Shown here in pieces: positions 1 to 9,411 of a stretch of DNA of 64,000 nucleotides; positions within the stretch are counted from its first letter, which is position 1, and each line of letters starts with the position of its first letter. Under the pieces are notes generated by a model. It saw only the letters and a list, made by a program, of their open reading frames with translations, had not been told where the DNA came from and did not search any database. The position numbers were made by a program, and so were the translations under genes. Origin of the DNA: an uncultured Pseudomonadales bacterium (GTDB lineage: Bacteria; Patescibacteriota; Microgenomatia; UBA1400; PJMF01). The stretch lies in contig CAZYBC010000001.1 in assembly GCA_964645645.1 (NCBI GenBank), forward strand, positions 6,064 through 70,063, given 5' to 3'.

Positions 1-1907
1 ATTTCATCGTTGTCTGCTTCATTTAGAGATTGCTCAAACTTGGAAATACGCCCAGCCAGTGAAGCAAGACCATCTTCGTCAATCGTTCGTAATGCCGCTT
101 TTTCAAGTAAAGACTTGAATGATACAAAAGGCTGGCGTTCTAAGGTTCTTGAGTCAGTCTTAATACTCTCCGTCACTCCCACAGCATCAAAAATCACGAA
201 TCTATTTTTGTATTCAGCGTCAGGTGTTACTGCTTTTAAGTCATCTTCGCCAATTGTGCGAGTACCACGACCCTTCATCTGTTCAAAGTACACCCGAGAC
301 TTAACATCACGCATGAAGATAAGACATTCTAGAGGCTTGATATCAGTACCAGTCGAAATCATGTCCACTGTAACTGCAATGCGAGGGAAATATGAGTTGC
401 GGAAACTCTGAATCAACTCCTCTACATTTTCGCCCGTTCGATAAGTAATCTTTTTAGCAAAGTCATTGCCCTTGCCAAACACCTCACGCACAATATGCAC
501 GATCTCCTCTGCATGGTTGTCGTCTTTAGCAAAAATTAAAGTTTTAGGTACAGTCTCACGGTCAGGGTAAATATCAGGCAACCAGTTTTTGAAGACTTTA
601 ATAACTGTTCTTATCTGGTCTGGTGCTACCACACTTCTATCAAGCTGGCTGGCTTCGTAAGTTAGTGCCTCGTCCAACTTCTCCCATCTGACTTTGCGAG
701 TCTCACGATTGCGCACATCAACAAATGTACCCTCATCAATGGTATTGCCCTCTTCACCAATTTGGGTCTTAATGCGATACACATCGTAGCCAACATTGAT
801 TCCATCGGCGACCGCTCGTTCATGCGAGTACTCCATGATGAGATTGCTGTTAAAGAATCCAATGGTCTGTTTTGATGGTGTGGCAGTCAATCCGATTAAA
901 TGAGCATCGAAGTATTCAAGAACTTGTCGCCATAAATTGTAGATGGAGCGGTGACACTCATCAGTCACAATAAAATCAAATGCTTCGATGGGAAGTTGAG
1001 GATTATATTCGACAGGCACTTTGTCTTCGTATGTGAACTCAGGAGCGTTGTCAAATTGAGATGTTTCCTCAAGTGACTCATCAAACTCTGGGTTCCCAGA
1101 AAGAATTGAGTACATGCGTTGAATAGTTCCAATACAAACTTTACTTACTGGATCAATGCTTGGGCTTTTAAGGTGTTGAACATTGTATAGCTCGGTAAAC
1201 TTACGACCATCATCAGGGATAGTAAACTTTTGAAACTCTTTGAGTGTTTGTCTGCCTAGATTTCCTCGGTCAACTAAGAATAAAACTCGTTTGGCTTTAC
1301 CAAACTTGAGCAAGCGGTAAATGAACGAAACAGCGGTGAATGTTTTTCCACTTCCCGTAGCCATTTGAAGTAATGCCCGAGGATCATCTTTAGCAAGCGA
1401 CCTTTCTAAATTAGTGACTGCCTCAATTTGGCAACCACGAAGACCATACACATTGAGTTCTGGATAATTTTGTAAACGCTTGCGCAGTGTTTCTTCTTCC
1501 TGCAACCACTCCTGTATTGTCTCTGGTTTGTGAAAGGCAAACAATCGCCTCGATCTTGGTTGTGGGTCTCGTTCGTCTCTAAAAAAAGTTTCTGATCCAG
1601 TGCTTTCGTATGCAAAAGGGAGATGTTCATCAACTTTTGGTAAGTTGGCATCCGTGCTTGTTATGTACTTGCCTGATTGTTCTGCGACACCGCTAAGAGT
1701 CGTACCAGCAGGCTTTGCTTCAACCACACCCACTGCTTTGCGATCAACAAACAGCATGTAATCGGCGGGACCTTTTTGTGTTGGGAACTCGCGAACAGCA
1801 ACCCCAAGTTTCGCCCCTAGATTTAATCTAGAACGATCTTGTATATCCCATCCTGCTTGAATGAGCAATTTATCAATGTCTTGTCGAGCCTTTTCTTCTG
1901 GTGTCAT
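1..1907 (-). CDS. hsdR: Type I restriction enzyme R subunit (EcoAI/EcoEI-like), continuing beyond window start
   Basis: Not in the ORF track. Manual translation from ATG at 1907 gives MTPEEKARQDIDKLLIQAGW...GPADYMLF...GVVEAK (PD-ExK nuclease), QMATGSGKT (Walker A), DECHRS (DEAD box), GLTATP. Confidence 0.93.
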   Translation of the reverse strand, partial: MTPEEKARQDIDKLLIQAGWDIQDRSRLNLGAKLGVAVREFPTQKGPADYMLFVDRKAVGVVEAKPAGTTLSGVAEQSGKYITSTDANLPKVDEHLPFAYESTGSETFFRDERDPQPRSRRLFAFHKPETIQEWLQEEETLRKRLQNYPELNVYGLRGCQIEAVTNLERSLAKDDPRALLQMATGSGKTFTAVSFIYRLLKFGKAKRVLFLVDRGNLGRQTLKEFQKFTIPDDGRKFTELYNVQHLKSPSIDPVSKVCIGTIQRMYSILSGNPEFDESLEETSQFDNAPEFTYEDKVPVEYNPQLPIEAFDFIVTDECHRSIYNLWRQVLEYFDAHLIGLTATPSKQTIGFFNSNLIMEYSHERAVADGINVGYDVYRIKTQIGEEGNTIDEGTFVDVRNRETRKVRWEKLDEALTYEASQLDRSVVAPDQIRTVIKVFKNWLPDIYPDRETVPKTLIFAKDDNHAEEIVHIVREVFGKGNDFAKKITYRTGENVEELIQSFRNSYFPRIAVTVDMISTGTDIKPLECLIFMRDVKSRVYFEQMKGRGTRTIGEDDLKAVTPDAEYKNRFVIFDAVGVTESIKTDSRTLERQPFVSFKSLLEKAALRTIDEDGLASLAGRISKFEQSLNEADNDE

Positions 1908-2123
1908 ACATATTTTTCCCTATGGATTGCTTAGGATTTTGTAAGAACAATTATACCAGTGAACACTCGATTAGCGGAACGCAATGTGAAGAATAAAAAA
2001 GTTGATGACTAGCAGATTTAACCTTAAAACAGAGTGAGTATTGTGAGGGTCACCCAATTATAAATAGAAACCATTGAGCCAGTTTTAAGGTTAGTAGAAA
2101 GTTTCAGAGAGCATGAAAACCAG

Positions 2124-2984
2124 TTAATAGTGCTGGTATCCACCATCGTCCTCTTCCTCATCTGTAAGTCTGCCCGATAAGAAATCTGGCAACCATTTCT
2201 GCACTGTACCCATTGTCCAGAACTTCAACCACTCAAACTTCTTCTCGTCTTTGTTTTCCTCAATCCATTCCATGAAGTCTATAATCTGCTTTGGAGTACG
2301 CCCTGCCAAGAACATCGCCCTCGTATAGTTTAAAGCTGTTTTTAGCTCACTACCCCTACGATCCGTACCACTAATTCGTTTATAAGCCATCAATACTTGG
2401 TTGTACTGTATCCGTGGAAACCTTTTGATATTAGGGTTTTTCTTTTTAGGAATCTGCAAATGATTCCCTTTAGTATTAACACTATTATTATTTGTATTAC
2501 TTATATTAAGAGTATTAGTATATATATTATATGGAAGAGTTAGCGATTCTTGATCGGGGACTTTAGAGACTTTTACTAGATTTTTACCGAGTAAATCAAT
2601 GTTTTTTAAATCATCTTCATTGTGAAGATTTTTCTTCATTGTAAACAATTTTCTTACCTGTTCATCGGTGAGTAGCTTTGGGGGAACAGTTAGTTGAAGT
2701 GTAACTTCTCTGCCACTGTGCTTCTTTTTAACCAATCCCAAATCTTCCAGCTGTTTGATTATCTTTCCAAAGTGTTGCTTTGTGATACCAAGGTGGTGTG
2801 CCAATTTAGAACTTACAAGATTTTCTAAGCCAAAGGTGTAATCAAGGAGAATCAACCTTGTATAAGCCCTTAGAAGGGGTGCTTCATCTTGCAGGAGTAG
2901 TAGTATAGCAACAGGTAAACTTATATTCTCAATTGATACACCTTGAGTTGTGTCTGCATGTAGTAATTGTGATTGTTCGGTCAT
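2124..2984 (-). CDS. Winged-HTH replication initiator/replisome-organizer-like protein
   Basis: N-terminal wHTH (LAHHLGITKQHFGKIIKQLEDLGLV), Asn/Thr-rich linker encoded by AT-rich DNA, and a helical C-terminal domain. This architecture is typical of phage initiators. Confidence 0.55.
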   Translation of the reverse strand: MTEQSQLLHADTTQGVSIENISLPVAILLLLQDEAPLLRAYTRLILLDYTFGLENLVSSKLAHHLGITKQHFGKIIKQLEDLGLVKKKHSGREVTLQLTVPPKLLTDEQVRKLFTMKKNLHNEDDLKNIDLLGKNLVKVSKVPDQESLTLPYNIYTNTLNISNTNNNSVNTKGNHLQIPKKKNPNIKRFPRIQYNQVLMAYKRISGTDRRGSELKTALNYTRAMFLAGRTPKQIIDFMEWIEENKDEKKFEWLKFWTMGTVQKWLPDFLSGRLTDEEEDDGGYQHY

Positions 2985-3436
2985 GAGGTTGCTCCTTCTG
3001 TGTTGGTATCTTGTGATAATTCACTAATTTCATTCTTAATTCTGTGAAGCTCCGCATCTACATCAAATGGTTTAACCCCTTGAATGTCGCGACCAAACTC
3101 TTCTTTACAGTGGATTGAATTAGTGGCTACCCACATTACAAATTGAAGATCTTTCCAGTCAATTTCAAAACCTGCTTGTTGGCGTGCATATATTCTGTAC
3201 AACTGCTTTGCGATCACGGTTGAAGTAATCAAAGAGATGTAAGTCTGAAATGCCCTTATTTGGTCTCTCAAATAGCGACTCTTTTTCATCATTCTGTATA
3301 GCGTTGCTCTTGAAACACCAGATTGCAAACAGGCAATTCTAATAGAAAGCCCCGACCTTAAATATGGCTCTAATTTTGAGACCATTAGGTCTGCTTGTTC
3401 TTTCGTAAATGGTTGATTTCCCTTTTTTCGGTTCAT
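2981..3436 (-). CDS. HTH protein, small-terminase-like
   Basis: LEPYLRSGLSIRIACLQSGVSRATLYRMMK is an HTH like those of phage TerS N-termini. ATGA overlap with the downstream gene. Confidence 0.45.
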   Translation of the reverse strand: MNRKKGNQPFTKEQADLMVSKLEPYLRSGLSIRIACLQSGVSRATLYRMMKKSRYLRDQIRAFQTYISLITSTVIAKQLYRIYARQQAGFEIDWKDLQFVMWVATNSIHCKEEFGRDIQGVKPFDVDAELHRIKNEISELSQDTNTEGATS

Positions 3437-3460
3437 GTCGATATACTAGCAATTGATGGC

Positions 3461-3498
3461 TATTGACAGTCTCTCAAATGAGTGTTAAATTGTCAATA
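3461..3498 (+). promoter_or_regulatory. Sigma70 promoter within an inverted repeat between divergent genes
   Basis: TTGACA (3463-3468), 17-nt spacer, TAAATT (3486-3491). TATTGACA...TGTCAATA inverted repeat; ATG at 3498. Confidence 0.6.
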
Positions 3499-3812
3499 TG
3501 AACGAAAATGTAGAAGACAAAATCCGATCACTATCGCTTCCTCAGCTTGAGATCCTAATGGTCATGGCGAAATCAAATGAGCCAGTTTCTACCAGCAGAG
3601 AGATCATGCAGACCACAGGAACAAGCTCTTATACTTTTGGTGCAATCATCTCTCCACTCAGAAGACATAAAGTAGACGGTCAAAGCCTTATAGTCCAAGC
3701 TGGTAAAGATGGCGCAAATGGGGTCAGATGGCAAATAAATGAGAAGCTTGTAAGCAAGCAAGACTTACTAATTTTATTAAATAGCATGGGGGTGCAAATC
3801 GAAGAAAACTAA
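3498..3812 (+). CDS. Winged-HTH transcriptional regulator (putative repressor)
   Basis: LSLPQLEILMVM...STSREIMQTTG wHTH pattern; divergent from the HTH/replication operon. Confidence 0.55.
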   Translation: MNENVEDKIRSLSLPQLEILMVMAKSNEPVSTSREIMQTTGTSSYTFGAIISPLRRHKVDGQSLIVQAGKDGANGVRWQINEKLVSKQDLLILLNSMGVQIEEN

Positions 3813-4078
3813 ACTCAACTCAACACAAGTAAACAAAATTAAGTAATGACGACTTTGCTCGGTCACAAGTAGACCCAGCTTTATATCAAGAAATGACAGT
3901 AGACGATTTAGGTATAAAGTTGGGTTTTTTTGATGCAAAAAAGACATGAGTAATAAAAAAGATAATAAAAAACTAGATGAGGGTCTGCACCAATGGTTCG
4001 AACTGGTATTGGCACACATCCAGCATAAACAAGTAGTACAAAACACAACAAAAAAAGTTGTAAGTGAAAGGAAAGAAT

Positions 4079-4261
4079 ATGCCAAAAGTGTTAATCAAAG
4101 AAATTAGAGGCTACATCGGAGCAAAAGAATACTTTTGCCCCAATTGTGGTGAAGAATTAGGATTGAACGCACACATTGACCATCTGTTAATGGACAGTGA
4201 CCTTGAAAAGATTCAGGCGTACTTTCTCTACTGCAATCGGTGCGGAGAAAAGATCGAGTGA
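4079..4261 (+). CDS. Small Zn-ribbon protein
   Basis: CPNC and CNRC pairs; AAAGGA-like RBS upstream of ATG 4079. Confidence 0.65.
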   Translation: MPKVLIKEIRGYIGAKEYFCPNCGEELGLNAHIDHLLMDSDLEKIQAYFLYCNRCGEKIE

Positions 4262-4422
4262 AACCTTTTGAAGTTGAGCCAAATCAAACCTGAAAATAAA
4301 ATATAGGTATATAAAAAAAGAGGCTGTGTCCGTCTAAAGAAACAACCTCTTTTACATTACAAACAGCGTTTCCGCCGTTAGTGAATATAATATCACACAC
4401 GACGGAGCCTAGAAAGGAAGCT

Positions 4423-4926
4423 ATGACAACGGGCTTTGTATCCGTCGGAAGACGCCATTTAGAAATTGACCCCACAGATGTGGCAGTTAGAGATTACTTC
4501 GGAGTATCCCAACTATTCCGCTACTCCCTCGCTTTTTCCGAAAAAGCATACGACCAAACATTGATACTTGTTCCAGGGCATGATTGGGTACTTCATCCAG
4601 ATATAGCGGTACCTGACGACTTGAACCCCAACCTTAGAGGACAAGACTTGAACCTACAAGATCAAACTCAGTGGTTTTCCAGCATTGCAGATCAGATTCG
4701 TGAGTATTGCCCTGCTGAATCTGAATTATTTTTCCATTCTGGGAAATGGTTTGACCAGCTATTCACCTATCTCAGTCAACCAGATCCGATTTCAGGAAGT
4801 CCAACCTGTTATACCTTCCACACGCCAATGCGAGATCAACATTTAAGAATAGGAAAACAGTTGGCGTTCTATAAGTCGATGGTCGGGCAATTACCCTCAG
4901 TAAAAAATGAAAGGAGGGCTAAATGA
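4423..4926 (+). CDS. DUF6884-like hypothetical protein
   Basis: RDYFGVSQLFRYSLAFSEK...LILVPGHDWVLHPD...RIGKQLAFY resembles DUF6884. RBS AAGGAAG precedes ATG 4423; ATGA overlap with the recombinase. Confidence 0.5.
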   Translation: MTTGFVSVGRRHLEIDPTDVAVRDYFGVSQLFRYSLAFSEKAYDQTLILVPGHDWVLHPDIAVPDDLNPNLRGQDLNLQDQTQWFSSIADQIREYCPAESELFFHSGKWFDQLFTYLSQPDPISGSPTCYTFHTPMRDQHLRIGKQLAFYKSMVGQLPSVKNERRAK

Positions 4927-6491
4927 ACAACAACGGAGCTAATACCGCCTATGCATACTGTCGAGTAAGTACAGACCGCCAAGCCAAAGAAGGATTTTCA
5001 CTTGAACAACAAAAGAAGTCCTGTGAACAACTCGCCAAAAGTCATTCAATTAAAATACTCGATTTTTATATCGATCGAGGAGAAACCGCCACTGCCTCGA
5101 ACCGCAAACAGTTTATGCAGATGTTAGAAGACTGTGAGCGCAAAGAAGTGAAGTACATCTTGGTATATCATACCGACCGATTTGCAAGAAATAGCCTAGA
5201 CCACCTCGTAATTAAGGACAGGTTAGCAAAACTTAACATTGCACTTCTGTCAGTCACCCAACCAATGATTGACTCATCTCCAGAGGGTAAGTTGCTCGAC
5301 ACTATGATGGCTTCCATCAACCAATTTTACAGTGACGATCTATCTAGAAAAACAATGCGTGGCATGTATGGTCGCTGGGAAAAGGGCTGGTGGGTATCTG
5401 GTGCACCACACGGCTATATGAATATTAATAAAGAAAATAGAATCACTAAAACATCTTTTACAGTCGAGAAGCAAAAGTACCTAGACTCGCTAGGTCGACC
5501 AATTATGCCAATTGAACAAGACCCTTTCGTAGCACCTTACATCAAGCAAGCATTTGAATTGTACGCCACAAATAACTACTCATATTTTAATCTGGGTCAA
5601 TACTTATTTGAAAAAGGACTAAAGACAGCAAATGGTAAACCCTTAGCCCACAGCACCATTCACCAGATCATAACGAACAGTTTTTATTTTGGAAAAATGC
5701 GCTGGAACAATGAAGAGAGGATGGGAAAACATGAACCACTTATTGATGAGGCACTTTTCAAACACTGTCAATTGATCGCAGCTCAAAAAAGGCACTTCAT
5801 CATTCGTCAACGCAAACATGACTTCTTACTGCGTGGTGTAGTTTTCTGCAATAGGTGTGGTCTGCGGTATACGGCCGAGTGGCACAAAATAAACTCTACT
5901 AGCTCAGACAAAATAGCCTATTACCACTGTGCTAAACGCCAGCCATGTAAATCCCCTTATGTAGAGATGGAAGAACTTGAATCTCTAGTTGAGAAACAAC
6001 TGCGTAAAGTTAAGTTCACCGATGAGTTCATCCAATTACTCAGTGACAAGGTAAAAGAGTACTTAGAGAATCAAGGATCCCGTAATAGTGAGGTGGAACA
6101 AATTCTAGTTAAACGCCGAGCAGAACTCAAAAAACAGAAAAGTGAGTTACTGTCTTACTTGGTTAACAAAGTGATTGATAAGGATGACTTTGCCGAGAAA
6201 AAAGCCGAGATTGAGAATGAAATTGAAGGTATCAATGAAGAGGTTGGTAAGCTAGATCGAACCAGCAATTTCGATTTTGACCTACTAGAGGAGGTACTAA
6301 AGTTAACTATGGACATTCCAGCCACCTACAATGACGCACCTCCAGAGCTCAAGAGACAGTATTTGAAGTTCTTCTATAATAAGGTGAAAGTGGACAACAA
6401 AAAAATTATAGCAGTTGAATTTTCTGATTTATTACTTGAGCTAATTTCTTTTAAGCGTCTTATAATAATCAGTAGAAGGCTCCCCGGGTAG
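4923..6491 (+). CDS. Large serine recombinase (integrase)
   Basis: YCRVST catalytic Ser, DRFAR, recombinase domain, Zn ribbon (CNRC...C...C) and coiled coil. Confidence 0.95.
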   Translation: MNNNGANTAYAYCRVSTDRQAKEGFSLEQQKKSCEQLAKSHSIKILDFYIDRGETATASNRKQFMQMLEDCERKEVKYILVYHTDRFARNSLDHLVIKDRLAKLNIALLSVTQPMIDSSPEGKLLDTMMASINQFYSDDLSRKTMRGMYGRWEKGWWVSGAPHGYMNINKENRITKTSFTVEKQKYLDSLGRPIMPIEQDPFVAPYIKQAFELYATNNYSYFNLGQYLFEKGLKTANGKPLAHSTIHQIITNSFYFGKMRWNNEERMGKHEPLIDEALFKHCQLIAAQKRHFIIRQRKHDFLLRGVVFCNRCGLRYTAEWHKINSTSSDKIAYYHCAKRQPCKSPYVEMEELESLVEKQLRKVKFTDEFIQLLSDKVKEYLENQGSRNSEVEQILVKRRAELKKQKSELLSYLVNKVIDKDDFAEKKAEIENEIEGINEEVGKLDRTSNFDFDLLEEVLKLTMDIPATYNDAPPELKRQYLKFFYNKVKVDNKKIIAVEFSDLLLELISFKRLIIISRRLPG

Positions 6492-6551
6492 GACTCGAAC
6501 CTACAACCTTGAAGTTAACAGCTTCCTGCTCTGCCATTGAGCTACCGAGGA
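6480..6551 (-). tRNA. tRNA-Asn(GTT)
   Basis: Reverse complement TCCTCGGTAGCTCAATGGCAGAGCAGGAAGCTGTTAACTTCAAGGTTGTAGGTTCGAGTCCTACCCGGGGAG folds as a cloverleaf; followed by CCT rather than CCA. Confidence 0.95.
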
Positions 6552-6603
6552 TTATTAAAGAACAGACCAAATTATACCAGTCAATTTTTCAAAATACCAG
6601 TCA

Positions 6604-7299
6604 TTAATCCCAACTTTTTTGGCTATCGCCAGTGATCGGAATTTTTTCCCCTAAAAATTTTGGTTTGGCATGGAAAAGGATATCTTTAAAGGCTTTAATT
6701 TTAGCGAAAAATTCGCGGAAGTTGTTATATTGTTGGCCATAATAAATGCGCTTGTCTGCGCTTATCCCCACAGCTTTAATGCCTAAACTATTAGCCAAGT
6801 ATAAGCTTCTATTTAAATGGAAATTTTGGCTAACAATAATTAAAGATTCCACATCAAAGATATAATCTGCTCGATAAACGCTATCGTAAGTGTCAAAGCC
6901 GGCGTGATCCATAAAAATATCTTCGGCTTTAACGCCTTTTTCTAAAAGGTAATTTTTAATGGTATTAACTTCATCATAATTTTTGCGGCCATGATCGCCA
7001 CTGATTAAAATCTTTTTTACTTTAGCGTTTTGATATAACTCAATAGCCGTGTCAGCACGATCTTGCATAATTGGACTTAACTTACCATTGTCATAAACTA
7101 AAGAACCTAAGAGCAGCGCAGTTTGCGCAGCCGGCACGGTTTTAGAATCAGCATAAATCTGGGCTTGCGTAGATTGATCAAGATAAAAATTAATTAAAAA
7201 TGGAATTGTGCCCAGCAAAAACATAAGAACTGTTAAACTTAAAAACAGCTTCTTTTTAGCTTGCAAAATTTGTTTAAAAATCGCTTTTACCTTTTTCAT
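6604..7299 (-). CDS. sanA: SanA/YdcF (DUF218) family membrane protein
   Basis: N-terminal TM; LISGD, DHAGFDTYDS, SQNFHLNR motifs. Confidence 0.85.
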   Translation of the reverse strand: MKKVKAIFKQILQAKKKLFLSLTVLMFLLGTIPFLINFYLDQSTQAQIYADSKTVPAAQTALLLGSLVYDNGKLSPIMQDRADTAIELYQNAKVKKILISGDHGRKNYDEVNTIKNYLLEKGVKAEDIFMDHAGFDTYDSVYRADYIFDVESLIIVSQNFHLNRSLYLANSLGIKAVGISADKRIYYGQQYNNFREFFAKIKAFKDILFHAKPKFLGEKIPITGDSQKSWD

Positions 7300-8391
7300 T
7301 TACTCTAAAAAGTCTTGGAGTTTTTTACGGCGGCTAGGGTGTTTGAGTTTGCGTAAGGCTTTAGCTTCAATCTGACGAATCCGTTCACGGGTAACGCCAA
7401 ATTTACGGCCAACTTCTTCTAGGGTCATACTTTTATTGCCCATCAAGCCAAAACGCATTCTCAGCACAGCAGCTTCGCGGTCTGAAAGGGCTGATAAAAC
7501 CTCTTCCACATTTTCCCGCAACATTTGTTTGCTGGTGGAATCGTAAGGACTAATTTGCTTATCATCAGCAATAAAGTCACCTAAAATGCTATCATCTTCG
7601 CCATCACCAACTGGAGTTTCCAAAGAAGTGGTATTTTGAGAAATCTTAAGAATTTCGCGAACTTTATCAGGTTCAAGCTCCATTTTTTCGCCAATTTCTT
7701 CTGGAGTAGGTTCTCGGCCTAAATCTTGCATTAATCTTCTGGCTGTTCTCATCAATTTATTGATGGTTTCAACCATATGAACTGGAATACGGATTGTCCG
7801 GGCTTGATCAGCAATAGAACGAGTAATAGCTTGACGAATCCACCAGGTGGCGTAAGTAGAAAATTTAAAACCTTTGGTCCAATCATATTTTTCTACGGCT
7901 CTAATTAAACCTTTATTACCTTCTTGAATTAAATCAAGGAAAGTTAAACCACGGCCAATGTATTTTTTAGCAATAGACACCACTAATCTTAAGTTAGCAT
8001 CAATTAATTTTTTCTTGGCTTTTTCACTACCAGCCTCTACTTCTTGAGCTAACCGAATTTCTTCTTCACGACTTAACAGTGGAATCCGGCCAATCTCCTT
8101 GAGATACATGCGGACAGGATCAGAAACCCCAACACTACCTAGTGAAGATAAAACATCTAATTCTTGTTGAAGATTGTCGCTTTCTTCTTCTTTAGTACTG
8201 GAAACTGATTCAAAGATATCAACTCCAGCAGTCATGATATCATTGTAAAAATCGTCTAATTCTTCTAAATAAAGTTCTGGCTCAACAAAAGTGTCCAACA
8301 CATCTTCTTGAGTTACAAAACCCTGACTTTTAGCTTTTTTGAGCAAACTTTTAATATCTTCTGCTAAAGCCTTAGGAAGTTTTTTTGCCAT
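7300..8391 (-). CDS. rpoD: RNA polymerase primary sigma factor
   Basis: [51 protein letters not shown]. Confidence 0.97.
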   Translation of the reverse strand: MAKKLPKALAEDIKSLLKKAKSQGFVTQEDVLDTFVEPELYLEELDDFYNDIMTAGVDIFESVSSTKEEESDNLQQELDVLSSLGSVGVSDPVRMYLKEIGRIPLLSREEEIRLAQEVEAGSEKAKKKLIDANLRLVVSIAKKYIGRGLTFLDLIQEGNKGLIRAVEKYDWTKGFKFSTYATWWIRQAITRSIADQARTIRIPVHMVETINKLMRTARRLMQDLGREPTPEEIGEKMELEPDKVREILKISQNTTSLETPVGDGEDDSILGDFIADDKQISPYDSTSKQMLRENVEEVLSALSDREAAVLRMRFGLMGNKSMTLEEVGRKFGVTRERIRQIEAKALRKLKHPSRRKKLQDFLE

Positions 8392-8580
8392 AATACATAT
8401 TCTCTAATTGAAGTTAATTGATAAATTACGTTTTATTTCCAGCGATTAGCTGCGAATGCCTTTAGGCTTAATAGATTGAACGTAATTTTTTAAAAAACAA
8501 AAACAATGCCGATTTTCATCGGATTCTATAATTATAATGGAAAATAGAAGATTTGTTAAGCTTAATTTACAATTGCTAAT

Positions 8581-9360
8581 TTAAGCATTAACCAATGGCC
8601 AATCTAAAGTAGGGGTTAAAAAAGTAGCTTTTCTTTTACCTACTACCACCATATATTCAAACATGGCTGCTTTGGCTCCATCAGCGGTTTTAATTGTCCA
8701 GCCATCTTCTGCCTGATAAATTTGATCACTGCCAGCCACAATTTGACATTCCACACACAAGACCATGCCTTCTTGTAAAGCTGGACCGGTATGAGGTTTA
8801 CCATAAGAAGGAATAGCTGGATCATCATGTAAGGTGCGACCAATACCATGACCAACAAATTCTTTTACGGTTTCAAAATTATCTTTGCGAGCAGTCTTAG
8901 ACATTAAACTAGATAAATCACCTATATAATTACCAACTACTGCCTTAAAAGCCGCCTTTTGAACAGCTTCCCGGCTGGTTTTAAGTAAACGCAAATCTGC
9001 ATTACTTACTGCTCCCACCCCCACTGTAAAACAATGATCTGTATATAGGCCCTGATAAATAATCCCAAAGTCCACCTTTACTAAATCTCCATTTTTAAAA
9101 GGAGTTTCATTAGGTATACCATGCAAAACCGTATCATTGACACTAATACAAGTGGCATACTGATAACGATTATTTTTAGGACCAACTCCCATAAAGCTAG
9201 GTTTAACTTGATATTCAGCACATAAATTTTGCGCCAACAGTTCAATTTGCATGGGAGTAACACCTACTTCAATGGACTCACGAAGTTCTCCTAAAATTTT
9301 GGCTGATAGTTTGCCAGCTTCTTTGTATTGGACTAGAGTTTTTTCATCTTTAATAATCAT
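8581..9360 (-). CDS. map: Methionine aminopeptidase type I
   Basis: CISVND..HGIP, GHGIGR.LH, metal-binding D/D/H/E/E. Confidence 0.95.
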   Translation of the reverse strand: MIIKDEKTLVQYKEAGKLSAKILGELRESIEVGVTPMQIELLAQNLCAEYQVKPSFMGVGPKNNRYQYATCISVNDTVLHGIPNETPFKNGDLVKVDFGIIYQGLYTDHCFTVGVGAVSNADLRLLKTSREAVQKAAFKAVVGNYIGDLSSLMSKTARKDNFETVKEFVGHGIGRTLHDDPAIPSYGKPHTGPALQEGMVLCVECQIVAGSDQIYQAEDGWTIKTADGAKAAMFEYMVVVGKRKATFLTPTLDWPLVNA

Positions 9361-9411
9361 TGTAGTTCCTCAGCTGACCATCTAAATGACTTTTGCTGAT
9401 CTGCCTATATT

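Larger units (their letters stand above)
1..6479. mobile_element. Integrated element (genomic island or satellite-like) inserted at the tRNA-Asn 3' end; other boundary outside window
   Basis: Serine recombinase abuts and overlaps the tRNA 3' end. Region is visibly more GC-rich than the host flank and carries phage-like HTH/replication genes and RM cargo. Confidence 0.85.

Noticed and set aside
10-1651. ORFs 10-411, 662-862 and 1406-1651
   Set aside because: Antisense or out-of-frame shadows of hsdR.
1949-6581. Identical 12-mer AATTATACCAGT at 1949-1960 and 6570-6581 as possible att sites
   Set aside because: Both are the reverse complement of a TGGTATAAT extended -10 promoter (for hsdR and tRNA-Asn). 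The second lies on the wrong side of the tRNA.
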